A DNA stretch of 64,000 bases from the IMG/VR virus record IMGVR_UViG_3300031949_001696, one strand, 5' to 3'. A program made the position numbers and the translations under genes. Below, one piece after another: positions 1-9,712 of this stretch. This stretch comes from a virus. Taxonomy: Duplodnaviria > Caudoviricetes. Below the pieces are notes generated by a model. It was not told the origin of the DNA. It saw nothing but the letters and a program-made list of their open reading frames with translations, and ran no database searches. Within the stretch, counting starts at the first letter, position 1, and each line of letters opens with the position of its first letter.

Positions 1-938
1 ATCACGCGCGTCGCGATCAGGCGATCGAGATCTGCCGCGCGAGCCTCGCCGGCGTCCTTCGCCGCGACCGGCGAATCGAGTCCCAGCAGCAGCTTCTGTG
101 CCTCGGGCGCCAACGGGCCGTCCATCAGGCGCGCCCAGAGCGCGATCTCGACTTCCTCGAGACGCCGGGACAGCTCTAGCTCCTCGGCTCTGGTCAACAG
201 GTGATGCCCGCTGATCGCCGACGCATAGATCTGCGCGGCGTCCGGCGGCGCCGTTCGAGTGCGGCTATCAGAATGATCTTCGTCTCGCGTGATGCGGGTA
301 CTGTTTGTTCGCGCGGCCTCCGGCGGTGCCGATCGAGTGCGGCTATCAGAATGATCTTCATCGCGCATGATGCGGGTACTGTTTGTTCGCGCGGCATCCG
401 GCGCCGCCGTACGTCCACGGCCAGGATGATCCTCGTCGTCGTCGCGTTTGTTGCGACGAGGCGCCCGCGTCGCGGGTTCCCGCTTCCCGGCCGATCCGGA
501 TCGTGTGCCCCCTGCGGCCGACGCGCGCGTGTGGCGGCGTCCGCGACCGTTCCCTTCCGATCGCAGGAGGCCCATCTTGCGCAACGTGAAGATCTCGGTG
601 TGGAGGGTCCCGCGGTTGACCGGACGGTGCTCCTCCAGCTCGCGGCGGATCTCCATGGTCGACCGGGCCTGGCCATCGGAGAGTAGGCCCAGCACGGCCT
701 CACGGAGCGATCCGCTCGGCGGCTCCTTCGCCGGCGCGGCGAGAAGAAGTGGGGCACCCCGCACGCCACCCGAAGAGAGTTCGGCCATGTCGCCGCCCAG
801 GTCACCCTCGATCGTCGCGAGGAAGTGCCCGTAGTCCGAGGGCGCGAGGCGGCGGAACGCGGAGACGGCCTCGTCGATCCGCGCGCGCTGGTCCTGGCCA
901 GCTCGCAGATGCCGCACGATCGGAGAGTCGTCGCCCAC
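1..938 (-). CDS. Sigma-70 family factor with N-terminal winged-helix domain (partial, runs off left edge)
   Basis: Manual translation from GTG 938 is open to position 1. It contains a wHTH-like segment SLREAVLGLLSDGQARSTMEIRRELEEHRPVNRGTLHTEIFTLRKMGLL, then 23-aa repeats, then QIYASAISGHHLLTRAEELELSRRLEEVE resembling sigma70 region 1.2. Regions 2-4 would lie outside the window. Confidence 0.7.
   Translation of the reverse strand, partial: MGDDSPIVRHLRAGQDQRARIDEAVSAFRRLAPSDYGHFLATIEGDLGGDMAELSSGGVRGAPLLLAAPAKEPPSGSLREAVLGLLSDGQARSTMEIRRELEEHRPVNRGTLHTEIFTLRKMGLLRSEGNGRGRRHTRASAAGGTRSGSAGKREPATRAPRRNKRDDDEDHPGRGRTAAPDAARTNSTRIMRDEDHSDSRTRSAPPEAARTNSTRITRDEDHSDSRTRTAPPDAAQIYASAISGHHLLTRAEELELSRRLEEVEIALWARLMDGPLAPEAQKLLLGLDSPVAAKDAGEARAADLDRLIATRV
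233..432. repeat. About three 69-nt tandem repeats in the sigma-factor linker
   Basis: Unit ...cgagtgcggctatcagaatgatcttc...gatgcgggtactgtttgttcgcgcggc... is repeated and encodes (RTNSTRIxRDEDHSDSRTRxAPPxAA)n on the minus strand. Confidence 0.9.
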
Positions 939-1023
939 GCGTACGTTCTACACGAAGAGACCGACGATGCGCGAGGGTGCTTTGTCTAGGGAGATCTCAC
1001 GCCGCGCGGGTAGTATTCGGAGC

Positions 1024-1194
1024 ATGAGCAAGAAGACCCAGCCCGGCGATCAAGTCGTGATCACGCACGGTGACAAACGCGTCGAGGGCACCGTGCGCCG
1101 CGTCGGGTGCAGCGATCCAGATTGCCCGTCGTGCGAGGGACACTGGAAGGAAGAGGTGACACCGCCGCCGACGCTGGAGCGTCGGCCGAATTAA
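1024..1194 (+). CDS. small hypothetical protein (CxxxxCxxC)
   Basis: GGAG directly before ATG; MSKKTQPGDQVV... Confidence 0.5.
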   Translation: MSKKTQPGDQVVITHGDKRVEGTVRRVGCSDPDCPSCEGHWKEEVTPPPTLERRPN

Positions 1195-1535
1195 CCATGC
1201 TTGTCCGGTTGTCGCCCACGATTCGCGCATCGGCATTTTCAGCTCTCCCCAGACCGACCATTATCCGTCGCCACGAACACCCTTGACGGATTTCCGCATC
1301 CAGCGCACACACGCGCCGCCTGCATGGCCGCGAGCGCCTTGACCTGGAGCAACGTCCACAGGTTCGATCTGTCTTCGGGATTCAGGTGAAGGTCACCGCA
1401 GTGCGGGCATGGCAGCCGGCCGAAGCCAGGCAGTGACCCATCGGGCAGTATGGCAGCGAGAAACACCGCAGCTCTCATGGTTCGCACGTCCTTGGGCAAC
1501 AACCGGATAGGCACGGAATTAACAATCGGCGCTCA

Positions 1536-1895
1536 TCAAACAGCTTCGGGATCGGAGATCGCGTTCCAGCTCATGGTCACGAGCACCATCAGCGGGATCG
1601 GTTGACGCTGTAGCGGCTGACGGCCGGCGCGCTCCCACGCCAGGCTCTGCTCGTCGTGCAGGTCGGAGTCCACCACGGCCTCGACGCTCATGCGCAGCGG
1701 CGTGAAGGTGATCCGCAGCTTCGCCAGGTCGTCGAACGGCACCGGGCCCTTGTGCATGAACTGCATGTCGCCGTCGGACCAGTGGTCGAACGTCCAGCCC
1801 CCAAGGCCCGCATACGCGAGTGCTTTCTCGACGTCGGCGGCGGTCCACTCGTCTCGCCAGGACGCGAATTCGTGCAGCCTTTTGTGTTCGATCAT
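1536..1895 (-). CDS. hypothetical protein
   Basis: Part of ORF 1536..1946; likely start MIEHKRL after an AGGA-type RBS. Confidence 0.55.
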   Translation of the reverse strand: MIEHKRLHEFASWRDEWTAADVEKALAYAGLGGWTFDHWSDGDMQFMHKGPVPFDDLAKLRITFTPLRMSVEAVVDSDLHDEQSLAWERAGRQPLQRQPIPLMVLVTMSWNAISDPEAV

Positions 1896-2305
1896 GGGAT
1901 TCCTTTCTCCGTCGCAGCCTGGCTGTCGAGCTTCCCTATCGGGCAATCCCCGTAGTGACCGTGCGACGGATGATGCTGGCAGAAGAGGCAGAAGTCCGTC
2001 TATGTTCGAGTCTTCCAGTACGTAGCAAGCGCCATCAGGAATGCATCGGCATCCCCGTTGGAAATGTCGAGGTACAGCGCGGTCGCGTTTTCGCGGTCGG
2101 TGTAGACCGCGAGGCTGGTCGCTACGCGTTTATCGACGGCAACGAAGCCTTCCTCGTCGTCGTCCCTGCACCATTCGCAGTGATCGACCTTGGCCAGCAC
2201 GATTACGATGCGGGTGCCGATCCACACCATCCACACCCCGGAGTTGTCCATCGTCATCGCCCTTTTCCTGCCGATGACTCGATCTCTAGCACGGTTAAAC
2301 GCGTG

Positions 2306-2334
2306 TTGACAATGTCTCCACGGCTGTGTACACG
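2306..2334 (+). promoter_or_regulatory. Putative sigma70-type promoter for the RHH-cas12m-CRISPR unit
   Basis: Perfect TTGACA at 2306-2311, 17-nt spacer, TACACG at 2329-2334; GTG start at 2342 follows 7 nt later (possibly leaderless). Confidence 0.5.
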
Positions 2335-2341
2335 TCGTGAG

Positions 2342-2509
2342 GTGCCGATCCGGAGATCCAACGACCTCCACATCCGTCTCAAACCAACAGAGAGTCGCGC
2401 ATGGCGAGCTGCTGCGAAACGCGCGGACGTGACACTCAGTGATTGGGTACGTCAGCTCGGCAACGCTGCCGCAGTTCCACCACCTGTCGCCACGAAAGAA
2501 GGGAAGTGA
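2342..2509 (+). CDS. Ribbon-helix-helix (CopG/Arc-like) regulator
   Basis: VPIRRSNDLHIRLKPTESRAWRAAAKRADVTLSDWVRQLG has a beta-strand plus two-helix RHH pattern; its stop lies 3 nt before the cas12m ATG. Confidence 0.7.
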   Translation: MPIRRSNDLHIRLKPTESRAWRAAAKRADVTLSDWVRQLGNAAAVPPPVATKEGK

Positions 2510-2512
2510 CAC

Positions 2513-4588
2513 ATGCGCGTGTACAAGTTCCTCTGCATCCCCGCAACCGCTGCCGACGATCGCGCCTTGCGCGATCAAGTGTACTTGGGATCCCGCTACC
2601 GTCGACAGAGTGCGCTGATCGAGAACCGCGCGCGCGTGCTCCAGCGCGGGATCGCAGATCGACCGGCGCTGAATGTCCCGGAGAAGGATCGTTCCGCGTG
2701 GTGGAAATCGGAGGAGGGCAAGGCGGCACGCGACGCGTGGTACGCCTCCGACGAGTGCAAGATGCTCCGCGAGATCATCTTCGCGGAGAAGAAACGCGCG
2801 CTCAAAGCAGCGCGCGACGCCGCGATCGAGGCCGGCACCATGTGGGGAACGTGCGGCAAGGCGGACGACGCCGCAGACTTCGCGCGTCGCGCGGTCGACA
2901 AAAACGGCCTCATCGACGAGGACGGGCAGACCACGTTCGTGGACACGCACTTTCCCGCGGACGTGGGCCGCATCGCCGTGCAGTTCCAGAGGGGCAACGA
3001 GCGGATCGACACCCGCACGGGCAAAAAGATCCCCGCGAAGAAGCTCATCTACGCCGATGACCTGATCGGCGATGAGGATACGCGGCTCCGCATCGGGACC
3101 GTCGCCTACGCGCTGGCCGAGCCTGTCGACGGGTTCAGGCCCGCTGCGATCGACGCTGAGGGCAAAGCGATCGACGTCTACACGCGCGGCCTCAGCGAGC
3201 GAGAACAAGATCTACTCGCGCGAGATCAACGAGAAGAAGCGATCGCTGCCTACGCCGCTCGCACGCCCGCCAGCATCGATCCGTCGGGTAACATCTGCAA
3301 GACGCCCGAACAGAAGGCCGTCACGAAGATCGTCCGCTGGGAGCGTGGCGAGCGAGACGAGAAAGGCAAGCGCTACCATTCTCTCGCGATTCGCGTAGGG
3401 ACCATGCCGGGCACGATCCGTCCGATCTGGGCACACCTGCACGTGATGCTTCATCAGAGCCCGCGATCCAAGAATCAACTCGTGCTCGGCCACGACGTCG
3501 TCAAGTGGGCCGTGATCCGGCGCGAACGGACGGGCCTGCGCTATCGCTGGTTCCTCACGCTCGAGACCGAGGGGGACGTGGCGGTGACATCGCCGCATCC
3601 CCAGCCTCACGACGCGATCGCCGTCCACATCGGCTGGCGGCAGCTCTTCAGCGAAGCCGGCGATCCTGCCGGCATCCGCGTGCTCACGTGGAGCGCCAGC
3701 GCGCCGCTCGATCCCGACGATCCGCGGAGTCCCCGCGAGGGACAGCTCGTGCTTCCGCAGGAAGTCGTCGACCAGAAGCCGTTCGCCGATCGCATCCATT
3801 CGACCCGCGACAAGAACCAGGACGTGCTCCGCGACATGATCCTCGTGTACGCGCGATCGCTGCCGACGTCGTCGTGGCTGCGAGTCGAAGCTGCCCACAT
3901 GCACCAATGGCGCGCGCCCCGCAAGTACGTGCGTCTGTACTGCCAGTGGAAGGAGCAACGCATCCACGGCGATCAGGCCGCGTTCGCGGCGCTGGAGGCA
4001 TGGATCAAGCAAGATCGTCACCTGCTTCACCGCGAGGCGCCGAGCATCGAGCGCATGAAGCGTCAGATCGAGGGCAGGGTCACCGCGCTCGCGGTCCAGC
4101 TGGCCAAGCGCTACGGCGTCGTCGCCAGCGATAACATCGCCGTGGGCGAGCTGGTCAAGAAGGACGACCGCCACGACGAGGACGAGCAGAAGCTGCGCAA
4201 GAAGACGGCGCGGCGTGTGAACGTCGTGGCGCCGGGCGAAGCGCGAGCGCTCGTCCGCTACTTCGCGAAGAAGTACGGCTGTGTCGGCCTGGAGCTCGAC
4301 GCGGCGGGAGGCACGATCGACTGCGACGCGTGCGGACATCGACGTGACGTCGCCCGAGAAGACCGCGTGCAGCGGATGATCCGCTGCGAGAATTGCGGTC
4401 ACGTCGAGGACCAAGATCTCACGATGAGTCGGAACCTCCTGTCGGGTGCGAGCGCCGTCGCTCGCGGCGAGAGTGGGTGGCCGCTCGCGCCCAAGGTTCC
4501 GGCAGCTTCCACGAAGAAGCGAGCGACCGTCCGACGGAATCGGCGACGCGGGCAGCAGCCGCTCGCAAGCAGTGTCGGAACGCCGTAA
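2513..4588 (+). CDS. cas12m: Type V-M (V-U1) CRISPR effector, Cas12m-like, predicted nuclease-inactive
   Basis: TnpB/Cas12 layout: RuvC-I AIAVHIGWR (D to H), RuvC-II VVASDN (E to D), Zn ribbon CDACGH...CENCGH, RuvC-III DQDLTMSRNL. The H-D-D triad is the Cas12m hallmark. CRISPR array starts 25 nt downstream. Confidence 0.85.
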   Translation: MRVYKFLCIPATAADDRALRDQVYLGSRYRRQSALIENRARVLQRGIADRPALNVPEKDRSAWWKSEEGKAARDAWYASDECKMLREIIFAEKKRALKAARDAAIEAGTMWGTCGKADDAADFARRAVDKNGLIDEDGQTTFVDTHFPADVGRIAVQFQRGNERIDTRTGKKIPAKKLIYADDLIGDEDTRLRIGTVAYALAEPVDGFRPAAIDAEGKAIDVYTRGLSEREQDLLARDQREEAIAAYAARTPASIDPSGNICKTPEQKAVTKIVRWERGERDEKGKRYHSLAIRVGTMPGTIRPIWAHLHVMLHQSPRSKNQLVLGHDVVKWAVIRRERTGLRYRWFLTLETEGDVAVTSPHPQPHDAIAVHIGWRQLFSEAGDPAGIRVLTWSASAPLDPDDPRSPREGQLVLPQEVVDQKPFADRIHSTRDKNQDVLRDMILVYARSLPTSSWLRVEAAHMHQWRAPRKYVRLYCQWKEQRIHGDQAAFAALEAWIKQDRHLLHREAPSIERMKRQIEGRVTALAVQLAKRYGVVASDNIAVGELVKKDDRHDEDEQKLRKKTARRVNVVAPGEARALVRYFAKKYGCVGLELDAAGGTIDCDACGHRRDVAREDRVQRMIRCENCGHVEDQDLTMSRNLLSGASAVARGESGWPLAPKVPAASTKKRATVRRNRRRGQQPLASSVGTP

Positions 4589-4613
4589 GATTCTTGGATC
4601 TTTGACAACTTAA

Positions 4614-7600
4614 GTAGCAATCGATGCGAGACCTCGCACTGGTCTCGACACGTAGGTTCCCGAGTCGGAGCGCATCTCGCCCGGCATGTAGCAATCGATG
4701 CGAGACCTCGCACTGGTCTCGACACCGTCAACGTCCACTTCGGCGCCGAGCACACCAAGTTCGTAGCAATCGATGCGAGACCTCGCACTGGTCTCGACCT
4801 CGAGCTTGCGCTTGAAGTTGGAGCGATCCTCACGTAGCAATCGATGCGAGACCTCGCACTGGTCTCGACAGTTGGTGGGGTTGGCGGAGTTGGCGCGCTC
4901 GCCGGATCGTAGCAATCGATGCGAGACCTCGCACTGGTCTCGACGAAAACAATAGCGCACCGAACGACGCAAGGTCGATCGTGTAGCAATCGATGCGAGA
5001 CCTCGCACTGGTCTCGACTCTTTGATCTCGGAGACGGGCACCACGCGTGAGAATCGGGTAGCAATCGATGCGAGACCTCGCACTGGTCTCGACCGATCAC
5101 TTGCCGCGCCGACCGGTCGGATGGGGTGGTAGCAATCGATGCGAGACCTCGCACTGGTCTCGACCAGACCGACGCACCAGCTGAGGCACACCACGCCGTT
5201 GGTAGCAATCGATGCGAGACCTCGCACTGGTCTCGACCGAGAGAAACGCTCGCTGTGACTCGACCGCCGATCGTGTAGCAATCGATGCGAGACCTCGCAC
5301 TGGTCTCGACAGCGCAAAGCTCCCCTGGTGGAGGAAAGCATTGCGGGTAGCAATCGATGCGAGACCTCGCACTGGTCTCGACGGCAGCGTGCTCCGCGCG
5401 AGCTGGCGCGCGACCTGGTAGCAATCGATGCGAGACCTCGCACTGGTCTCGACATTCACCACCTGCGCGTCTTGGTCGGCGAGTAGCAATCGATGCGAGA
5501 CCTCGCACTGGTCTCGACGTCTCGACCCAACGACCTACGTCACGGCCGAATGAGTCGACGATGTAGCAATCGATGCGAGACCTCGCACTAGTCTCGACAA
5601 AAGGCAGGCGACTTCGATGCGAGACCTCGCACTGGTCTCGACTATGTCCTCACGCAGCAGCGGGCCGATTACAACTTCGTAGCAATCGATGCGAGACCTC
5701 GCACTGGTCTCGACCGCCAACCCTTCCGTCACGCGGAAAGAAGTCGACGATCGTAGCAATCGATGCGAGACCTCGCACTGGTCTCGACGGCACCTCAACA
5801 GGCGACGAAACGCGCCAGCGTACGAGTAGCAATCGATGCGAGACCTCGCACTGGTCTCTGGTCTCGACTTCCGAGACGTTACTGGCTAACCTTCTTCAGA
5901 GACCCTAGTAGCAATCGACCTCGCACTGGTCTCGACATGCTCGACGGCTACATCCTCAGCACCGGCGCGGTCGTAGCAATCGATGCGAGACCTCGCACTG
6001 GTCTCGACGTAGAACTCCTCCAACGTGATTCGAGACAGGCGATTTCGTAGCAATCGATGCGAGACCTCGCACTGGTCTCGACGGAAATGTCTCACGACGA
6101 CAACGACGACGAGCAGGCGCGTAGCAATCGATGCGAGACCTCGCACTGGTCTCGACCGGCCAAACCGTCTGGCATCAACTCCGCGATGACACTAGTAGCA
6201 ATCGATGCGAGACCTCGCACTGGTCTCGACTCCCCAGCACACCACGTACACCGCCGAGTCTCAATCGTAGCAATCGATGCGAGACCTCGCATTGGCCTCG
6301 ACCGGCTGTTGTGCTCGGCCACGTGATCAGCGCGCGCGTAGCAATCGATGCGAGACCTCGCACTGGTCTCGACCCCTTGACGTACGCGAGGATCCTTCGG
6401 CCTTCGGCCGTTCGGGTGTAGCAATCGATGCGAGACCTCGCACTGGTCTCGACGATATCTCGTCCTCCAGCGCCAGCACCCTCGAACCGGTAGCAATCGA
6501 TGCGAGACCTCGCACTGGTCTCGATTCGGGCCTGAGGTAGCGATCACGGCCGACGAGCTGCGTAGCAATCGATGCGAGACCTCGCACTGGTCTCGACACA
6601 GAAGAAGCTGATGCGATCGATGCGAGACCTCGCACTGGTCTCGACGATATCTCGTCCTCCAGCGCCAGCACCCTCGAACCGGCAGCAATCGATGCGAGAC
6701 CTCGCACTGGTCTCGACGACGGTCTCTTGTCCGAGGACGAGTGCATCCGCAGATCGTAGCAATCGATGCGAGACCTCGCACTGGTCTCGACTTGTCCTCC
6801 ATTCGTCGGACGCTAGCGGGCGAGACGGGTACCGTCGGGTAGCAATCGATGCGAGACCTCGCACTGGTCTCGACTCCGCTATCATCTGGCAGATCGCGCA
6901 GCACCGCTCGTGTAGCAATCGATGCGAGACCTCGCACTGGTCTCGACACCGAGCAACTCAAGTTGCTGCGCGAAGCACCGAAGGTAGCAATCGATGCGAG
7001 ACCTCGCACTGGTCTCGACAAGCGTTACTGAGAAGGGAGAAGGGAGCTGCCGCAGCTCCGGCGTAGCAATCGATGCGAGACCTTGCACTGGTCTCGACGA
7101 GCTGGATCTCCCGGATTCCTTCCGATCCGCCGAGGTAGCAATCGATGCGAGACCTCGCACTGGTCTCGACCGCAACTCCGGCTCGCTATCGTCGAGATCG
7201 ATTGGAGTAGCAATCGATGCGAGACCTTGCACTGGTCTCGACTCGCTTCTGGAGATGGACCTCAAGCCTGGTGCACCTGTAGCAATCGATGCGAGACCTC
7301 GCGCTGGTCTCGACGTCACTGAGGCACCTGGATTGCTGACGTGACTCCGCACGTAGCAATCGATGCGAGACCTCGCACTGGTCTCGACACCGTCATACCC
7401 CCCGACGCGCACGTGCTCGGCGACGTAGCAATCGATGCGAGACCTCGTACTGGTCTCGACCAAATTCGAGAACCTGATCGATGCATCATCCGCGGTCGTA
7501 GCAATCGATGCGAGACCTCGCACTGGTCTCGACATTCAAGAAGCCAGCGACTGCGAACCGCCGACCGCCGGGTAGCAATCGATACGAGACCTCGCACTGG

Positions 7601-8494
7601 TCTCGACGTGAACCACGCGACCTGGCCGCGACCGAGGGTCGGGTGTCGGGTAGCAATCGATGCGAGACCTCGCACTGGTCTCGACTGGTACAGCACGTAA
7701 ACGCCGGCGAGCGCAGCGGCGTAGCAATCGATGCGAGACCTCGCACTGGTCTCGACAAGATCGCGTTCGCAGTTGCGGCGCCGTTCATTCCGGTAGCAAT
7801 CGATGCGAGACCTCGCGCTGGTCTCGACTAGGGCGTCCCAATCAGCGCGAGCGCACGGGTCACAAGTAGCAATCGATGCGAGACCTCGCACTGGTCTCGA
7901 CGATCTACGATCTACCGCTGGATCATCAGACTGCCAGTGACGTGAGTAGCAATCGATGCGATACCTCGCACTGGTCTCGACTATACCGAGCGCAATTTCA
8001 ACCCTGTCGCACCGAAGCGTAGCAATCGATGCGAGACCTCGCACTGGTCTCGACGGGCCGACCATCGCCCTCACGTCCAGCATTCCCGATGTGTAGCAAT
8101 CGACGCGAGACCTCGCACTGGTCTCGACCGGCACCTCCGTACTCGGCAGCGAGAAGCCTCTTGAGTAGCAATCGCTGCGAGACCTCGCACTGGTCTCGAC
8201 AGTTCGAAACGCTCGATCACAAGTTGCAAGAGATCGTAGCAATCGCTGCGAGACCTCGCACTGGTCTCGACTCGCTAAGCGCTAAGGGACTAAGGGACCT
8301 CGAACCAAACGCTTCTAGCCTGTAGCAATCGCTGCGAGACCTCGCACTGGTCTCGACTCGCTAAGGGACCTCGAACCAAACGCTTCTAGCCTGTAGCAAT
8401 CGATGCGAGACCTCGCACTGGTCTCGACCTTACATTGCTGTCGCCACGGCACCCGGTCGCCGCCGCAGCTGTAGCAATCGATGCAAGACCGCAC
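4614..8494 (+). CRISPR. CRISPR array, about 54 repeats / 53 spacers (manual count)
   Basis: 36-nt repeat GTAGCAATCGATGCGAGACCTCGCACTGGTCTCGAC; spacers mostly 35-39 nt. Degenerate terminal repeat at 8471 and variants accumulating rightward indicate the leader is on the cas12m side. Confidence 0.99.
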
Positions 8495-8576
8495 GACGCG
8501 AACCGCTTCCTCGTGTAGCGGCAGCGGCTACTCCGGCGCACGTTCTGAGCCTTGACGCCTTGACGCGCTAGAGTGC

Positions 8577-8921
8577 TCATCCTGTGGTCACCTGTCTTCG
8601 CAAATTCTGTTCGACCCACGCGCGTGCCTCGGCGTGCCGGCGATACGTCTCGCTCGACTCGTGACGAAACAAGCGCTCCTCAAGCCGAAGTGGCGATGTG
8701 CCGACGGACCAGATCTCCAAGCGGAGTCCCTGGCGTCCCTTGCCGATCCGCCGGAAGCGCGTGCCAGCGACGCGGCTATCGGTGCTGGTCTTTATGCTGT
8801 CGGCAAGAGCGCGGACCGGACGGCCTTGGCCATCGACGAGTCCTTGCGTGTTGATCCACACCGCGAGCTGTCGGTGGTTGCGCGTCGGCGGCAGCGCCAG
8901 GTGCGTCGCTTTCAGGGGCAT
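8577..8921 (-). CDS. hypothetical protein
   Basis: In a chain of overlapping minus-strand ORFs. Confidence 0.55.
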   Translation of the reverse strand: MPLKATHLALPPTRNHRQLAVWINTQGLVDGQGRPVRALADSIKTSTDSRVAGTRFRRIGKGRQGLRLEIWSVGTSPLRLEERLFRHESSETYRRHAEARAWVEQNLRRQVTTG

Positions 8922-9133
8922 GCTTCCACCGAGAGCAAACGAGCGCGCGTCTCGTCACTGAAGATCACACTGACGCGCTGGTGTACGGCAGGCTCGTGGT
9001 TGAGTGACATGCCGTAGTAGCTCGTACCGTGGAAGTCGAGCGACCGTCCATCGTCGAGCTTGATGCGACCCCACCACGTGGTGTTACTGAAACGCGTGAC
9101 GACGCCTCGGCGAATACGCGGGTTGCAGCTCAC
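8912..9133 (-). CDS. Cold-shock-domain-like (OB-fold) protein
   Basis: GVVTRFSNTTWWGRIKLDDGRSLDFH...QRVSV resembles the CSD RNP1/RNP2 pattern. Confidence 0.55.
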   Translation of the reverse strand: MSCNPRIRRGVVTRFSNTTWWGRIKLDDGRSLDFHGTSYYGMSLNHEPAVHQRVSVIFSDETRARLLSVEACP

Positions 9134-9424
9134 TCGTCGTCGTCCTCGTCGTCACCCTCGCCGATCCAATCCTTCTCCTTATCGCTCCACGTCACGGTTT
9201 CGAGCCCGACCCCGAAGCCCGGCTGCGTGGGCGAAAAGAGCGGATCGAAGCCCGTCACCGACTGGAAGACCTCGCGCAGGCGCTTGTGATGCTCTCGCGT
9301 CAGCCGCGTCCCCACGTCTCCGGCGACGTCCATGTTCGGGACGTCGACGACGAACTCGATCAGCACGCGAAGCTTCATGGCGTTGAGCCTAGCTCGGACA
9401 GCCTGTCGAGTGTGGGGCGCGCCA

Positions 9425-9712
9425 TCATCGAGATCTGCTTGCCCGTGCGCCCCGCGCCACAAATCGCCCGCGCATTCGGTAGAACACCCGCTGCAAGTGT
9501 CCGCGGTCGGTATAGGTGGTGATCGCGAACAGCCGACGCAGAATGTCGAGATCGCGCTGGGCCGTGGCCTTGGAGATACCGAGTTCAGCTGCCAGCTCAC
9601 CGCACGTCCACGCCCGTGCTTGGAGCAACATGCCCAAGCGCCACTGCCGGAATAGTGCGCGGGACAGCGATGGCCGCGGCGTACAGCGAGACTTGCGCTT
9701 GCGTGCTTTCAC
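9425..9712 (-). CDS. HTH_11/DeoR-type DNA-binding protein
   Basis: WTCGELAAELGISKATAQRDLDILRR. Confidence 0.75.
   Translation of the reverse strand: MKARKRKSRCTPRPSLSRALFRQWRLGMLLQARAWTCGELAAELGISKATAQRDLDILRRLFAITTYTDRGHLQRVFYRMRGRFVARGARASRSR

Noticed and set aside
194-805. ORF-track proteins over the 69-nt repeats
   Set aside because: Wrong frames; the coherent product is the wHTH-sigma frame 938 to 1.
2000-4414. Long minus-strand ORFs overlapping cas12m
   Set aside because: GC-rich antisense shadows; only the ~2000-2260 part may be a real small gene.
2513-4588. IS200/IS605 TnpB transposon
   Set aside because: No TnpA or IS ends seen; the protein is larger, has an H-D-D triad and abuts a CRISPR array.
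4629-4646. BsaI sites (GAGACC/GGTCTC) in every repeat suggesting a synthetic construct
   Set aside because: They are simply the hairpin arms; the array shows natural decay.
7461-7497. Possible self-targeting: 16-nt match TCGAGAACCTGATCGA to the dioxygenase gene (~31518-31533)
   Set aside because: Flanks do not match, and such a hit is plausible by chance in TCGA-rich DNA. No full protospacer was spotted by eye, but an exhaustive search was not possible.
4399-8325. Many ORFs with repeating peptides (VETSARSRIDCY, SRPVRGLASIAT)
   Set aside because: They are translations of the CRISPR repeat.
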